A stretch of 64,000 nucleotides of DNA from Raillietiella orientalis (Eukaryota): positions 5,580,001-5,644,000 of the forward strand of contig JAYWIR010000002.1 in the NCBI GenBank assembly GCA_036172245.1. The letters are read 5' to 3'. The notes beneath the pieces were generated by a model. The model was not told where the DNA came from, made no database searches, and saw nothing but the letters and a program-made list of their open reading frames with translations. The position numbers were made by a program, and so were the translations under genes. Positions 12,201 to 25,513 of this stretch are shown one piece after another (position 1 is the first letter of the stretch; every line of letters starts with the position of its first letter).

Positions 12201-15200
12201 CCGGCCGGGAGAGGCAACGAGCCAAGGATGCTTTCCTGCGCTACGGGATCTCGGAGTTCCTTCAGGAGAGGGGAGTCCTTCTGGGATGCTTCCTTTCCTG
12301 CTCGTTCAGGATTTTCTCGGTCGACTCCTGGGCTCGCTCCAGGGAAACCAGAGCCTTCATCCCCTTCCGGTGTCCTGATGATTTTTCGCCCCTTCGTATC
12401 TGGTCCTCCCTTCCTGCTTGCGCTCCCATGATCCTTCCAGTTCTTCCTGGTAGAGCTACTCCGTTCCCAGGATACGGACGTTGGATGGGAGGAAGCGCAA
12501 GCAGTCCGCGGTGGTGCCAGGAATCCCGAAAACAGTCTCTCCCTAAGGAGAACCGCTCTCCGTATCCTGGGGACGTGCTCCTCTCCTCCTCGGGAAGTCC
12601 CTTTTTCCCCGGAACTCGAGCCGTGGGCGTTTGGAGAATTTGGAGGGCTTTCGGGTTTTTTTCCGGCGGCCAAGGAGCTGCGCCATCTGTGAAGACCGAA
12701 AAAGGGAAGGAGGGAAGCTCTCCCTGAGGGAGACGCGGGCACTCTGAGGAGTCAGCGCAGGTTCGCGACGACGCGCGAGGTTCCCCACGAGCATCGCAGT
12801 CCCTTCCTTCCAGGGGACGGTGCCCTGGCTCACGGCTTTTTCCTCTCAGTGAAGGGCGCCTCTCGTGGAGCCTCCCAGGGAGCACTCCCTCATCCACCAC
12901 AGCTCGGAGACGTCATCCGCGGCCGGTTCGCAGTGAGCGCCCTCCGCTCCGCTGCTGGGGAGGAAATCGGCGAGTCCGGGAGTTCCGAGGTCAACCTCAC
13001 GGTCTTCGCGAGGCGGGGGGGCTGGTGGTGTGTAACAATGGAATGAAGACGGCGAAGTCACAAAATCGAGCCTGTAGCCATGGCGGCGCAACAATGAAGG
13101 AGCATCCGCCCCGGAAACAATTGTCGTTTCGGCGAATGCCATGGATACGCTGCCGAGCTGCACCCAGCCACCTGGTGATCGGCCACGTTGAGGGGATCGC
13201 GGAACGAGAGGGAGAGAGGATGGGGAGGACGGCGGTGGATGTGCATGCAAGGATGGAGTGGTCGGGAGCGGGGTGGCCGTGGCCCGCTACCCGTGAGGAG
13301 CGGAATCACGACTCAGGTGTGTGTCTGTCGCCCTTGAAGGGGTGGAGGTAGCGACATCGGCCGTCCTGCTGAGCAACATCAGAGGGCGGCGAGGCTCTCC
13401 CGATTTCGGATCGCTTTCCAGGAGCAGAGACAAGGTCTCCCCTCCCTCGTCAGGGAACCACGGTCGAGGCTGGGACAACGTTCAAGACCTGCGTAGCGTC
13501 CTAACCCCTCGCGATGGCGTTCCCGGACCTATTCTTTTCTTCCGGAGGATGGCGCTCTCCCCGAGATGACACGGTAGGGCCTTGGGAGCGAGAGATAGTG
13601 GGACTCTGAGTCTGCCCGCTGAGCGGGCGCTCGCGAGCTCCTTCGGTGCCACCGTAGACCGTAGTGGGAATCCTGCAAAGGACACCGTAGGACGATCCGT
13701 CCGGTAAAGACGGGATGGGCCCTCTAGCGGAGTAGTGGTGCGTCCCCTGGACTGCTGCAAGGAGAGAGTCGCGAGGCAGGCCTCGAAAGGCCGCCTCTGG
13801 TTCGGTCCCTTCGATCTTTCTGTGGCAGCATGCCAGATCACGCTGCGAGCCTTCCCCAGCGGCGGCAGCGATCTCTGGCGGGCTCCACGTGCGTCGCTTC
13901 CGTTTCCTTGCATCCACGTCTTCCGCCGCTGAGTGCTGAAGCCTCGTCCGCAGCTCCCTCTCTTGCCGATCCTGCTGCTGCGAAGCCGTCCGTCCGCCCG
14001 AAGACAACCGGAAGACGCCGAGCGTCCTTTCGCTAGGCGTCCTCCGGGCTCGTCTTGCTCTCCAAGGATGCTGAGCCGAGAAATCCCTGGGGAGGCGACA
14101 CGCTGAGGCGCTTGGCACTCGTCTGTCCGAGGAAAGACTCCTCCGTAGGTCCAGACCACACGGTTGAGACCTCCCCATCCCCCAGGAAGAACTCTGGACC
14201 GACAAAGGATGTCTAGTGCGACCTCACTCGGCGAAGGCACTCGGACTCACACGGCCGGCAGCTACTGGACGAAGGGAGCTGCCCCTCACCTGCCTTTCTT
14301 CTAGTCAGTGACCCCGGGTCGTGCCCGTCCCCTACGGATCCGATCTTCATTCCCTGTTGCCTTCCTCCTGGGACATGCGGCGGATCTCCGGGTGGGTGGG
14401 CGGCTGCAGCCTTCGAACCCACTCCCCACCTGCCTGCAAGGAACTGCGAAGTGGTTGGAGGGAATGGGACGGAAGGGAAGTTCGCGTCCCTCTCTGGCTG
14501 CTCTGGGATGCACGCGAGGTGGACGGCGACCCCGTGGGCCTCTGGCCTCATCCTCCTGCCAAGGTACGGCCACCCATGAACCAGGCAATGCCACCTCAGA
14601 AGGTTGATCAGTAGGGAGCAATTGCAATCTCCGAATCGGACCCTGGGTCCTGGACTGTTCCCGGGGCCGCTGCGTGTCCCTTCTGTCTCGAGCCTGGAGA
14701 TTACCCTCCCGTTATTCTGAGACCCATGGGGTCCTCGTCCCTCTGTCGGTTCTTGCACAGGAGCTGATCTGTAGATCTAGGTCACCAGCGTGTCTCTCTT
14801 GGACCCCGGCGGGGATGACCCCGGGGTGCCACCCTCTCCTGCAGCTACTTGAGGGGAAAGGACAGCGACGTCGATAGGGGTTGGGTGGGGCTACTGGGAA
14901 TGCATCCCTTTCTTTCATCCCTCTCTCCGGAGCCGACGCGGAATCCCGGTGACATCCCTGAACGCCTTCTACCGCGCTGAGGCAGAAGCAAGGAAAGCCA
15001 GGGGTCCTTCCGCGTTCCAGCCCTCCTCTGCCTCCCCGCTGCTGCCGCGCTGATCGCCTTCCTGGACGGGACTCGCTTCCCTGCATCGAGCCCCCGAGGT
15101 CACCGGATCTCTCGTTCCCTGCCAGCGCGGCGGGGAGGACTGCCCTCCTTTTTGCCGAGAGAAGGGGGGGAACTGGCGTGGGCATCCCCTAGGCGTGGAG

Positions 15201-18200
15201 GGATCGCCGTCTTCCTCCCACCCCCTTGCACCCCGACCTGAAGAAACCGGCGCCGAGCTGACGGCTTGTCTGAGGGTGCGTTGCGTGTGGGGAGGAAGAA
15301 GGGGGGCGAAGAGAAGTCAACCTATCCGGGACCCTCTTCCCTTGCTACTCACTCCAGGGGGAGCCTGGGCTCCAGCAAGCGCTGCTCTTCTTCCTCCCTT
15401 TCTTCCCAGTCGCTCCTACCCCCGCCGCTTTGGGGGGCTGAGTAGGACTGTGAGCGTCTTTGCCCCAGGCCTTCATCGGAAGCAGCAGCGAGTGGTCCCC
15501 CATGCCGGACCCCATGGGCACGAGGGAGATGGAGTGCCTCACGAGGAAGGCCGCCGCGGAGCTGCCCAACGGAAGGACGGCCGAGCTGCTGCAGAGGTTC
15601 TACGAGCTCGACGAGAACAGCATCCCCCCCGTGTACCGCTGCCATGTCCGAGAAACGAACTGGTAATCCCGTAATCCGGGGTTGCGCGCCACCTTCCTCC
15701 TCTCCAGCGGGGACGGCGGGGTCTCTTCGCGACTTGCCCCGAGCCGGTCTCGGTCCAGTTCCTTTGTTCCCGCGTCTCCGAAACGCGCGCAGAATCCTCT
15801 TCCTCTCGGGAAGGGATGGCTTCAACTCCTCCTTCCGAGCGCAAGTGCCTCTGAGGCGTTTTCCTCCTTCCAAGGGCAGCGAAGGTTGAGGAGTTCTCTC
15901 TCAGCGCCTCTCCTTGCGCCCCGACGCTTCCTGCGACGCGAGGGGGAGTGTTTGAGGCCGAGTGACCTTGCCTCTCGGTTTGCCCCACCACGTGCGAGTC
16001 GGTCATGCCCGCAGTGCGGCCCTCCGCTCGCCCGCCGGAAATTCCTCTTTTCCTGTCCTCCGCGGTGCGCTCTTCCGCTTCCCCGCCCGCCCACAGGAGG
16101 TGCGGAAGCTGGGAGCGTAGCCGGTGCGGCAGCGAGAGCGCCTCCTCGCTCTCGCGCCACGCGGTGGATTTTCCGATTGCTGGAGGGGGAAGGAGGGGGA
16201 GGTGGCATTATTGACCGTTCCACTGTCGCTTTTCTGCCGTTTCCTGTGCGCGCGCGTCCACTGTTGCGTGGGGGTGCGCGCTCACCTCTCCGGAAGGCGC
16301 ACCTTCATTACTGGGGACGGCCGCGTGAGGTGAGCCGCGTGGCTGGGGAGGAAGGGCGGCCGTCCCGGCGCACCCACGCTTTGGAGGGAGCAGCGGCAGC
16401 GCCGCCGTCGTTCCAGCGAGCAAGAGAAGGACTACAGGGAGCTGCAGAGGTGCGTGATGGACCTACTGGAAGCCTCCAGCGGAGAAGCGACCCTCCAGGA
16501 AATGGGAGCGTCTCTGCGCAGGTCACCCATGGAGGTTCTCCTACGGTACGCCATCGGTAAGGGAGCGCGCCCATGGCTGTTCTCCCCCTCCCTCCTCCTC
16601 TTCCCCGATCGCAGCTCCTCGCTTTGTCAGGAAGCTGCGCTCTTCCCCCCTCTGGCCGCCTTTTCTTGGTCCTTTCGAGGTCCCCTACGGGTGGAAGGAG
16701 GCAATCGGCCGGCGCGACTCCTCGCGCCTCAGATGCGAGTGCTGACGCCGGCCGCTCCTCCGGGGAGGCGGCTGACCTTCCCGGAAGTCGCTGCCTCCGC
16801 ATCCCCTCTGGTCCACCCTCTACTTTCCTCGTGCTCCCGGGTCTTGATCGCTCTCCCGTTCAACGCCCCGAGGCTGCCCCCTTTTTCCGTGGGGAAAAAT
16901 AGGGAGGGGGAATGCTCGCTTCTCCCCCCCTTCGGCTGCCTCACCGGGGCTCCTGCGCGCGCCCCTCCCCCCACAACTGATCAAGGAAGACTCGGGGGGA
17001 GACAGACTGGGTGGTCCGGAAGGTCTGGATCCCGTTGCCAAGGAGAGGATCATCGTCCTCATCCGGGAGTTCGACGAGGCGGGAGGCGGCGGCGCGGACG
17101 ACGCCTACTTCGGTTCCAGCGAGTTGCGCCAGGATGCGGAGAGGAGGCTAGGGAGTCTCAAAGACTATGTCAAGCGCACCCTCTCCTCCTGGAACGTCAG
17201 CCACTTCCGGTACGCAGCCCCAGGGCGGGTCGACGTCAACAAGGCTCCGGCGCCCTCCCCCTTCCGCAGAATCCGCTGGCACAAGGAGGGCCTGTACCCA
17301 GCATCCTTGGACCACGACTCCTACCTGCAGCGGTTCGCCCAAAGCATCATCTCCAGAGTGAAGACCATCTCCGACCCAGACGCGGCGACAGCACCCGAGC
17401 TGAAGGCGCTCAAAAAGCCCGGGCAGGTGGGTGGCGGTCGCGCATGCCCGAGGGCGGGCCCTCCAGAATCTTTCGCGAGTCCACCGCCGGGGCCGGCGAA
17501 CCTTGACCCTATTCTCCCTTACGGAGGAGATGGGGCGATGGAGCTCCCGGGAAGGGTCCTCCGTGTCCCCGGGGAAGCCGGCGCCCCCGCCCCGCAGCCG
17601 GAAAGATGGCGGAGTGGGTCATAAGTTGATCTCTCCTCGTTCGCCGCCCGTGCCGCGCGAGGGACCTCCAGAGAAGCTCCTGAAGGGAGGGGACGTCGCC
17701 GCCGCGTCCGGAAGAGGAGGGAGAGAAGGACAGAGGGGCAGTCCCCGGGACGTACCCGAGCGGGCGAGGGAGGGCCGCGTAGCCATGGCCGCGTGGAAGG
17801 CGAGGTCGTGCCTCCTCTTCCGGAGGAACAGGCAGGAAACCGGCGGAGGGGACGATCGGGGGTCGACGTCCCCGGCGCAGGCAGGATCCGGCTTCCGGCG
17901 GAGGGGGCAGGCGTCGACCCCGGCCTTCCAGCTCAGGGAGATGCCTAGCTCGTCCGGCAGAGCGTTTCCCGAGGAGCGAGAGGGTCGGGCGGGCGCTTCC
18001 CTCGAGCGCCCCCGGGAATGCTCCCGGAAAAGCACCCTCTTTCCCTCCCGCCTTTCCCACTCAGGACGTCTACAGGGAGATTTGCAACCACCTGGCCGTC
18101 TGTAAGGAGGCCCTCGGACACCTTCCATCCTTCTCCTTCTGGGGCTCCCTCGTGGACGACGTCCGGGCGGCCCTGGGGCGCATGACCGCCTCCGGGAGCA

Positions 18201-21200
18201 CCTCCGACTGCCCCCGGCAGATTTACCTGATCGGACCCCGGGGATGCGGCAAGACGGCTCTGCTGGCGCGCACGTACCACGATGCTGTGGACTCCGGGTC
18301 GTGCAAGAGGATCTTCAGGTGCGTCAACAGGACGCCTCGGAGCAGCTGCCTCGCCGAGCTTCTGCGCAGCATCTGCCAGCAGCTGGCGGTTCTCCTGGGG
18401 GAGGAGTCGGCACCCGCAGACGCAGTGTCCGAGGAGCGTTGGCTCCTGGACTGGTTCCGGCGGCTGCTTCTGACGGGCGCCGACCGCGGCCAGACGGTCG
18501 CTGTCTTCTTGGACGACGTCGGCTTCCTAAGGACGGCGGCGGGTGACGGCGGGGGCGCTCCCTTGCGCCCGACGCACGCCTCCCCCTCTTCTCCAGCTTC
18601 CTCCTCCCCCTCCCTCTCCTCCTCCGCCGCCGCCTCCTCCTCCTCCGCCGCAGCAGCAGCATTGGGAGGTGGAGGCTCTCCCGCGGCCCCCTGGACGGAG
18701 TGCTTCTTGGAGCTGCCTCCGAACGCCCTCTTCGTCTTCACGTGCTCGCACGCCGCGACGGACGCCGGGGGTGACGAGCTGGCCGCCTTCCTCCGGGAGC
18801 GCGGCGTACCCTCCTGGTGCATCGTGAGGCTGCGGGGGCCGACCAGGGAGCAGACCCTGCGCGACCTGCAGCTGGCCCTGAGCTGGCGGGGGCGGCGCCT
18901 GGGCGAGGCACAGGCGGCAGCCGCCGAGAAGGTCGCCGCCGCGGCCAAAACGGCCTTCGAGCTCGACGTGCTCGTTCGCGCCTGCGCGGAGCTGCCCTCC
19001 TCCGACTGCGCCTTCGTGCGCGCTGTTGAGGACGACGGCTGCGCCGGCCTCTTCCAACACTGTTTCGAGGGTCTGCACGCGGTCTGCCCCGCGGCCCTGC
19101 TCAGGCACTTCTGGACGATGCTGATGAACTCGACCTACGGGCTCACCGAGGAGGAGATCTGCTGTCTGGTGTCCCTGGGCACCCTCAAGCAAAGGGACCC
19201 CCAGCATGGCATCGTCGAGGAGGGTGCCGACTTTGCCCCCTACTGGGTTCTCCTGCAGGACTGCATCGGTGAGCTCTCCCAACACCCCGCGTTGCTCCCG
19301 GTTGCGATCCCGACCTTTCAGCGCCCTTCGTCCGCAGCCGGCGCCTGGAGGACGACGTTGTCTACTGCATGGGCAACCGACTGGCCAGCAAGGTGGTCAA
19401 GCAGCACTACAGCGACTTCTCCAAGGCCGCCCGCAGGTCGTCGGCCATCTTGTCCAACTTCTTCACGTACGGCTTCCTCACCAGCGGCGAAGAGACAGAA
19501 GCCAAGGAGGAGATGAGAAGTAAACGGTCCAGACCCACCCCTCCTCCCCATCGAGACCCCTTCCCTCCCACGCGTCCGCGGCGCCTGGTCTCCGGGAGAG
19601 AGCGACCGGCACTCACCCCGTCTCCCCGGAGGCGTCTCCTTCCCCCCTGGGGAGGGGGGAGCGCCCATCCACCCCTCGTGGCCGATCCCTTCGAAGCGCC
19701 CTCCACGGGAGCGCGGCCTAGGGGCCTCAGACGAGCGCTCTCCATCCCATCCTCCTCGAGGAAGCTCGAGCTGCCTCCGTGTTGGCCCGACCCGCTTGCC
19801 CCTCTCCCTGTCCCTTCCGGCTGCCGCTCTTGCTGGCCGCACTCGGGTAGGCTGCCGATGCACGCGGGCTGAGCCCCAGGGAACACGGGGTCACAGGAAC
19901 TCACCCCGGAAGGCATCCGCTTTGCCTGGGGAGAGAGCGGACTCGCGACTCCCTCCCTGGGGGCCTATCGGCAACTGCGAATCTAACACGGAGGATCGGC
20001 ACCTACTCTTCTTGCGCGACCAGAAAAGGCGCGCCTTCAGCAGGTGCGTCCTCGGCGACGTCAGGCGATGGGAAGTCGTCAAGACTGGCGATAGGCGGGC
20101 GGTTAGGGCAGTGCCACAGCACCCATGGAGGCTGGCCTTCGGTGTCCACGGAGGGGGAGAGGAAGAGAGGTCATGCGTTGATGCAGGAGAGTGACGGAGG
20201 AGAGGGGCGCGCGGATGTCGCCAAGGAAGACGCCCAAGTGAATGCCGACTTCGCGGCCGTTCGGGGAGTGAGGTCTCCTGGAGGCGAGGGAAGGCCAGCA
20301 AGGTTGCTCAGAGGGAAGGTCGCGAGAGGCGAGGATCCTTCTGGAGGGAGGGAGACGGCGATCCGCCCACGCGAGTGCTCCTTCTCCGGCCCGGGGTGAG
20401 GAGGTGGGGTAGGCAGCGGCTCCTTCTGCTGGTCAGGGTAGGAAACGTGAGTGGTGCAGCGCGGGCCATCTGCTCCGGAAGGGGACGAGGTCATGTCCAC
20501 CCTCGCGGAGAGCGTGCGGGGCAGGCTCACCAGGATGCGACCTCCGCGCGACCCCAAGGAACTGCGGGCCGCCCGAACGGTCAGAAGCCTCGCGCGCAGG
20601 CGCGGCGATGCGGGTGGCCTCCACTTCCCTGGGGTCACGTGCGTGTGCTTCGGGCACCTTCCGCTAAAACAGAAGCGAATCGGCGTACGCGTCCACGGTG
20701 GCGCAAGGCGCGCAGCAGCGCTAAGCTGCCTAGGGCCGGCTCCCCATGCTCAGCGGTCGCAAGTGACCTACACCCAGGGCTGAGGGCGCCTCAGGACCTC
20801 TCGGCCGAGGTGAGGCGTGCGATCGCTCAGCAATGCCCGGAGGGGAGGCGCACGGGGGGAGGGAAAGGAAAGAGGACAGGGGATACCGCAAGGAAATGCC
20901 CCGGGGCACCTCCTCTCTTGGGTTCCTCTTCCTCCGGGATGACCCGGAGCCACTTCCCTCGCGAAGGCGCGAATCAGCGCGCATTCCCGTGGTGTCAAGT
21001 GGTCTCGGGTCAGCGGTGCCGACCCAGGACGGTCTCAAGCTTCGTGAAGGAGATGCCCTGCTGCCACCAGGGCCGCTCGCTGTTAATGGAGGATTCTCCG
21101 CGGTGTTGGAAGGGCTTCTGCCGAGGGTGGGTAACCACGTGAGGGACGCCAGTTGGGAGAGAGTCGTTGCACGGACGGTTTCATTCCCCCTCCGTTCTGG

Positions 21201-24200
21201 GGCGCGGTGCAGATGCGGCGGTTCCCTGGGCTCCTGCAGCAGCCCAGGGAATGCCCGCTTTGGCAAAATGGCAGCTGGGAAGAGGGAGGGGGGGGGGAGA
21301 GGATTTATTCATCTGCCAGAGAACCCGGGGGAAAGCGTCCAACCCTCCCGCATCAATAAGCCCTCGAGTAGGAAGGTCATCCCTGTTTCCCTCCTTCCCT
21401 TCCAGGACTCCTCAACCTCGAGCTGAGATGCCGGGGGCTGCGCAGCTTCTCCTACCGGCAGAGCTGCAACATCCGCATCCTGGAGGAGATGTTCAACAGC
21501 ATTGCTCAGGCTGGTAAGCAGGCACCTCCTCTCGCCTTTGGTCCAGGCCCCCGACGCTTCTCCGACGTCGTAGGAGAGATCCGGGAGCAAAGGTGGTGCC
21601 CTCTGCCTGGGGTTCGAGTGCGTGCACGGAAGGCAGGTCCGAGGGTAGCCGTCGCTTCTCCTTCCGGGAGGTCACCCCGCCGCGTTGGGCAGCCCTCGGG
21701 GTGGAAGACAGAGTTTCCTGCGCAAGCCAGGTCCGAAGTCGCGCGCATCCCTCGCGGCGAGCGAGCCCGCCTACACCCCTCCCTCTCTGCTCCAGGGGGC
21801 GCTGCTCCCGCCGACTTCTCCCTCACCTGGGGACCACCTCCTCCTCCTATGCGCCGGTGATCCAGAGCAGCCCGGGCCTCGTCCGGAAACTCCCCGCGGC
21901 TCGTGAGCTCCCAGGGAATTTCCGACATCTTCAAAGGAGCAGACGGCGGGATGCCCCGGATCCTCCGCCCCCTATCCGTCCCTTTCGCCCCCGCGGCAGC
22001 TGCGGACCCTGCTGTTCCCGTGAATGCCGAAGGCGGCGGGCACTCCCTGTCGCCCACTGTCCTGGGAGCGTTTACCCTCGGTAAACGTCTTTCTTTTCGT
22101 CTGAGTCCAAGGAACTCCTCCCCCGAGCGTAGGTGAGGATGCATCGCGTGCAGCCATTTCGGAAGGATTCGCATCGAAAGGGCCGCGTTGGGGGCATAAG
22201 AGCGTGATGCCCGGAGGCGCCATCTCGTGGGATCGCCGGGACGCAGACCTCGCCCGGAAGTCGCGAGATGGTACCACGTTGGCGCCAACGCCCGCGCCCC
22301 CTCGGCGAGCGGCTCCTCCACCGCAGCGTCCAACCAGACCGCGACTTCTTGCGGGGCGTGCCAGCCCAGTCGCTACCCGCACAGCGGCCTCAGCTCGATC
22401 CCTCGGGCACTGCGGCGGCGCAACCCGTGGGTCCGAGGATTCCTTCAAGGGGACGGAGGCTGCGATCCGGGAAGGGACAGCAGGGAGCGACGGGGCCTTT
22501 CCGGAGGCTCCAGGGGCCACAGCCCCTGCAGCCCTTCCGCTCTTCTCCAGGAAGCGGAGCCAGTGTGATGTAATAAATAAATTATGTCATTATGTTACAT
22601 AAAAAATATTTATGTTACATGATGATATTAAAATTATGTAAATTTACACTAAAATATATTTACATTAATTAATTAATTAATATTAAAAATTAAGTTTAAA
22701 TTAATATTAAACATCAGGAAGAGTTTCTGTCCACATGGCACGAGAGCCTCGCACTGGGCGACTGGTAGCCTTCGACCACCATATAGGTACCCAGACTGAC
22801 TTTCGAGGGAACCCAACTCTGAGAGAGCCCTGGGGTGTTCCCGTGTCCTTCCTGGTTCCCCACCCGCCACTGCAAGTCCTCTGGCGCGACTCGCCCCGAC
22901 CTCTAACGAGCGTCCGTCGGATCCTGCCAAGCCCTCACCGGAAAGGAACTCCCCACTGCCCCTTCCTCCGCCCCCTTCCTGGAGGACACCTCCTTCCCTT
23001 TCCTCTCGAGTTCCGCGTCGTCCCCGTTCCTTCAGCGTGGCTGCCCGCCGCCCTCTGCCGTTCCGAGGGGCGAAGGAGGGGCCATCCCGGTCGGCTGATG
23101 GGGGGGGAGGAAGGAGAAGAACAGCGAACCCTACCGGGAGAACTCGGCGGGAGCCTCTCCCGCCGGGCGCGTCCGGACGCTGCGTGTTCTCTCGAACCCG
23201 CGCCACGCACGCCCTGCGAACCGGACCCTCCGTCATTCCCCGGCGCCGCCAGGAGTCTCTCCCTCCCTTCGGAAAGTCCCCCCTCCCGTGGCAGGGTGCA
23301 GTCCGCGGCGGGCAGCTTGGCGCCGCGCGCGCGTGCGGTCGCGTTTCCTGCCAATGCCTGCTGGGTTTTCCGCCGCCGCGGACAAGTCCTCATCCGAGGT
23401 CCTCCCGCGCTTCTACGGCCTCCCAGCTCTTGGATCGCTGGTTCGCGGAGCGCGCAATAACGACGACAGACCCGACGCCTGGCTGCTTCTCCCTGCATGG
23501 CGCCTTCCTCGCGCTCCCGGTGGCTCCAGCCTTGAGAAGGGGGTCCGGGAAGAATGGCGGGTCTGGCAGCCGCGAGAAAGAGGAGTGCCCCTGGAAAAGG
23601 CGCGCGCGACGGAAAGCGGGGCATGGTCCAGCCCGGAAGGACGGAGACTCGTTCCTCCTTCTCTCTGCTGGGCGTCCCTCTTGGCAGAGGGCGACAGCTG
23701 TCTTCTTCCCCCACTTCCTTCCCGTTGCGGAAGAACGAGTGGGATCTGGGACGCCGAAATCTCACTCTTTGCTCTTGTCCGTCCGGCCAGTGGACTTCCA
23801 GAAGCTCAAGCTGGTGACCGCCCTGAATTTCGACTTCCTGCTGATCACAGTTCAGGGGATATCCGTGAGCTATGCCATCAACCTGGTGACGGCCATCCGG
23901 ACGCTGGCACTGGACTGGGAGATTGAGATCATCCACTACCTGCTGAGCCAGGCGACCACCGTGCTGGGGCGGAACCCTTTGCAGCTGGCCCCCGAGCTCA
24001 TCGCATGGCTGAGGCCTCTTTCTGGTGAGTGAATCGGTGTAAGGCGTGCTCTTCTCCCAACGCGACTGGTCGACATGGCGCGCGCGATTCTTTCCGCTCC
24101 CGCCAAGGCACGCTCGGGGGAGAAGGGGGCGAGGGGGAGGGGGAGAACAGAAACCTTGATGAGTCCAACCCTTTCAGAGAACTTCCCGAAGAAGTTTGAA

Positions 24201-25482
24201 AACCTGGTGCTGCAAGCGATGCAGTGGTGCGACGGCTTCAGTCACCCCCTGCTGGTGGCGCTGTCTTCGTGGCTCCCTAAGCCCATCGAAGAGATGGTCA
24301 TCGGTACGTCCATTCCTGGTGCCAAGTGCGTTTCGCGGAGGTACACGAAATCGGTGCCGCCGACGGGTTGGCTGCGCCGTTCTTTCCGATCCAAGAGGGA
24401 ATTCAGTTCCGCGTTGCCGGTGCGGAAGGGGGGGCTGCGCCAGCTGGGATCTCATGGGCAGACCGGCGGGTGAACCTTCCTCAGCCGCGAGAGCATCTCA
24501 TCCTGTCCGGCCGCTTTCGTCCCGAAGGAACCAAGGCTAGCTCTCCTTGGATTTCGCCGCCGGCGCGCTTCGCTTCGGGGGGCGGAAATCGGACCCATGC
24601 TGGGCAGCGCGCGGGCTCAGAGATTTAGGGGTCGAATCGTCTCCAGCCCCTCCCTGGCCAGCTCGCCCCGCAGCTGGTTCCCGGCAGCTTCGCGGGATCC
24701 GCGCTCCGGCCGCGCTTCCGGTCGACCATTGCCCGCCATTCTGGAGCGTGTTGTGGGACTCGCGCGTCGCAAACTTTCTCTCAGAGACGACGTCATTACG
24801 GACGTCGCGTAGACGTCGGATGCAACACGGAACGCGTTTCCATCGGAAAAGTAATTACCCGGCGAAATGAATTCACGCTGTGCAGATCACCTTGGTAAGT
24901 GTTCTTAACGAAGGGAAACGTGCCGTCCACGTGATTTCGACTGCAGATTGAGCGCGCTGAAGAAGAGGCACTCGAGATTCTTCTGCCCGTCTTTCTGGCT
25001 GAGTTGGTCGGAAAAGTTAAGGAAAGTCTGATGGGTGTGCGCTTGGGGGAGACCGCGCCGAACAGATGCTGATGATGCACCGCTGCTGTGTTTGATGGGG
25101 GAACGGATGAACGCACGAACGCTGATTTCATCAAAGTAGGTCCACAAGTTGGGTCCGGTTCGATAACTTTGCTCAACTTTACACGGGAACTCTTCGAGTG
25201 CGCCAACTTTTTCCACTCTCGTTCGTTCATCAGTGGGCTCCTAAATCCAATTTTGCCATCCCCTTCCCATGTCTCTGCTAATCCAGCCTTAATCGCAGTG
25301 ATTCCTCACAATCGCCTTTCGACTGCTGGTTTACTTTCTCTGAACGCGGAAGTCTGGATGCTTTTCCTCCGGCCCCTGGCAGTGTGGTCCCGATTCTTTC
25401 GGTGTTCCTGGCTCGCGAGCTTCTATTTACTTTCCGAACAAGGTTAAATAAAAACGAAGAAAGCAAACACGCGCGCGCGCGC

Positions 25483-25513
<31 letters not shown>

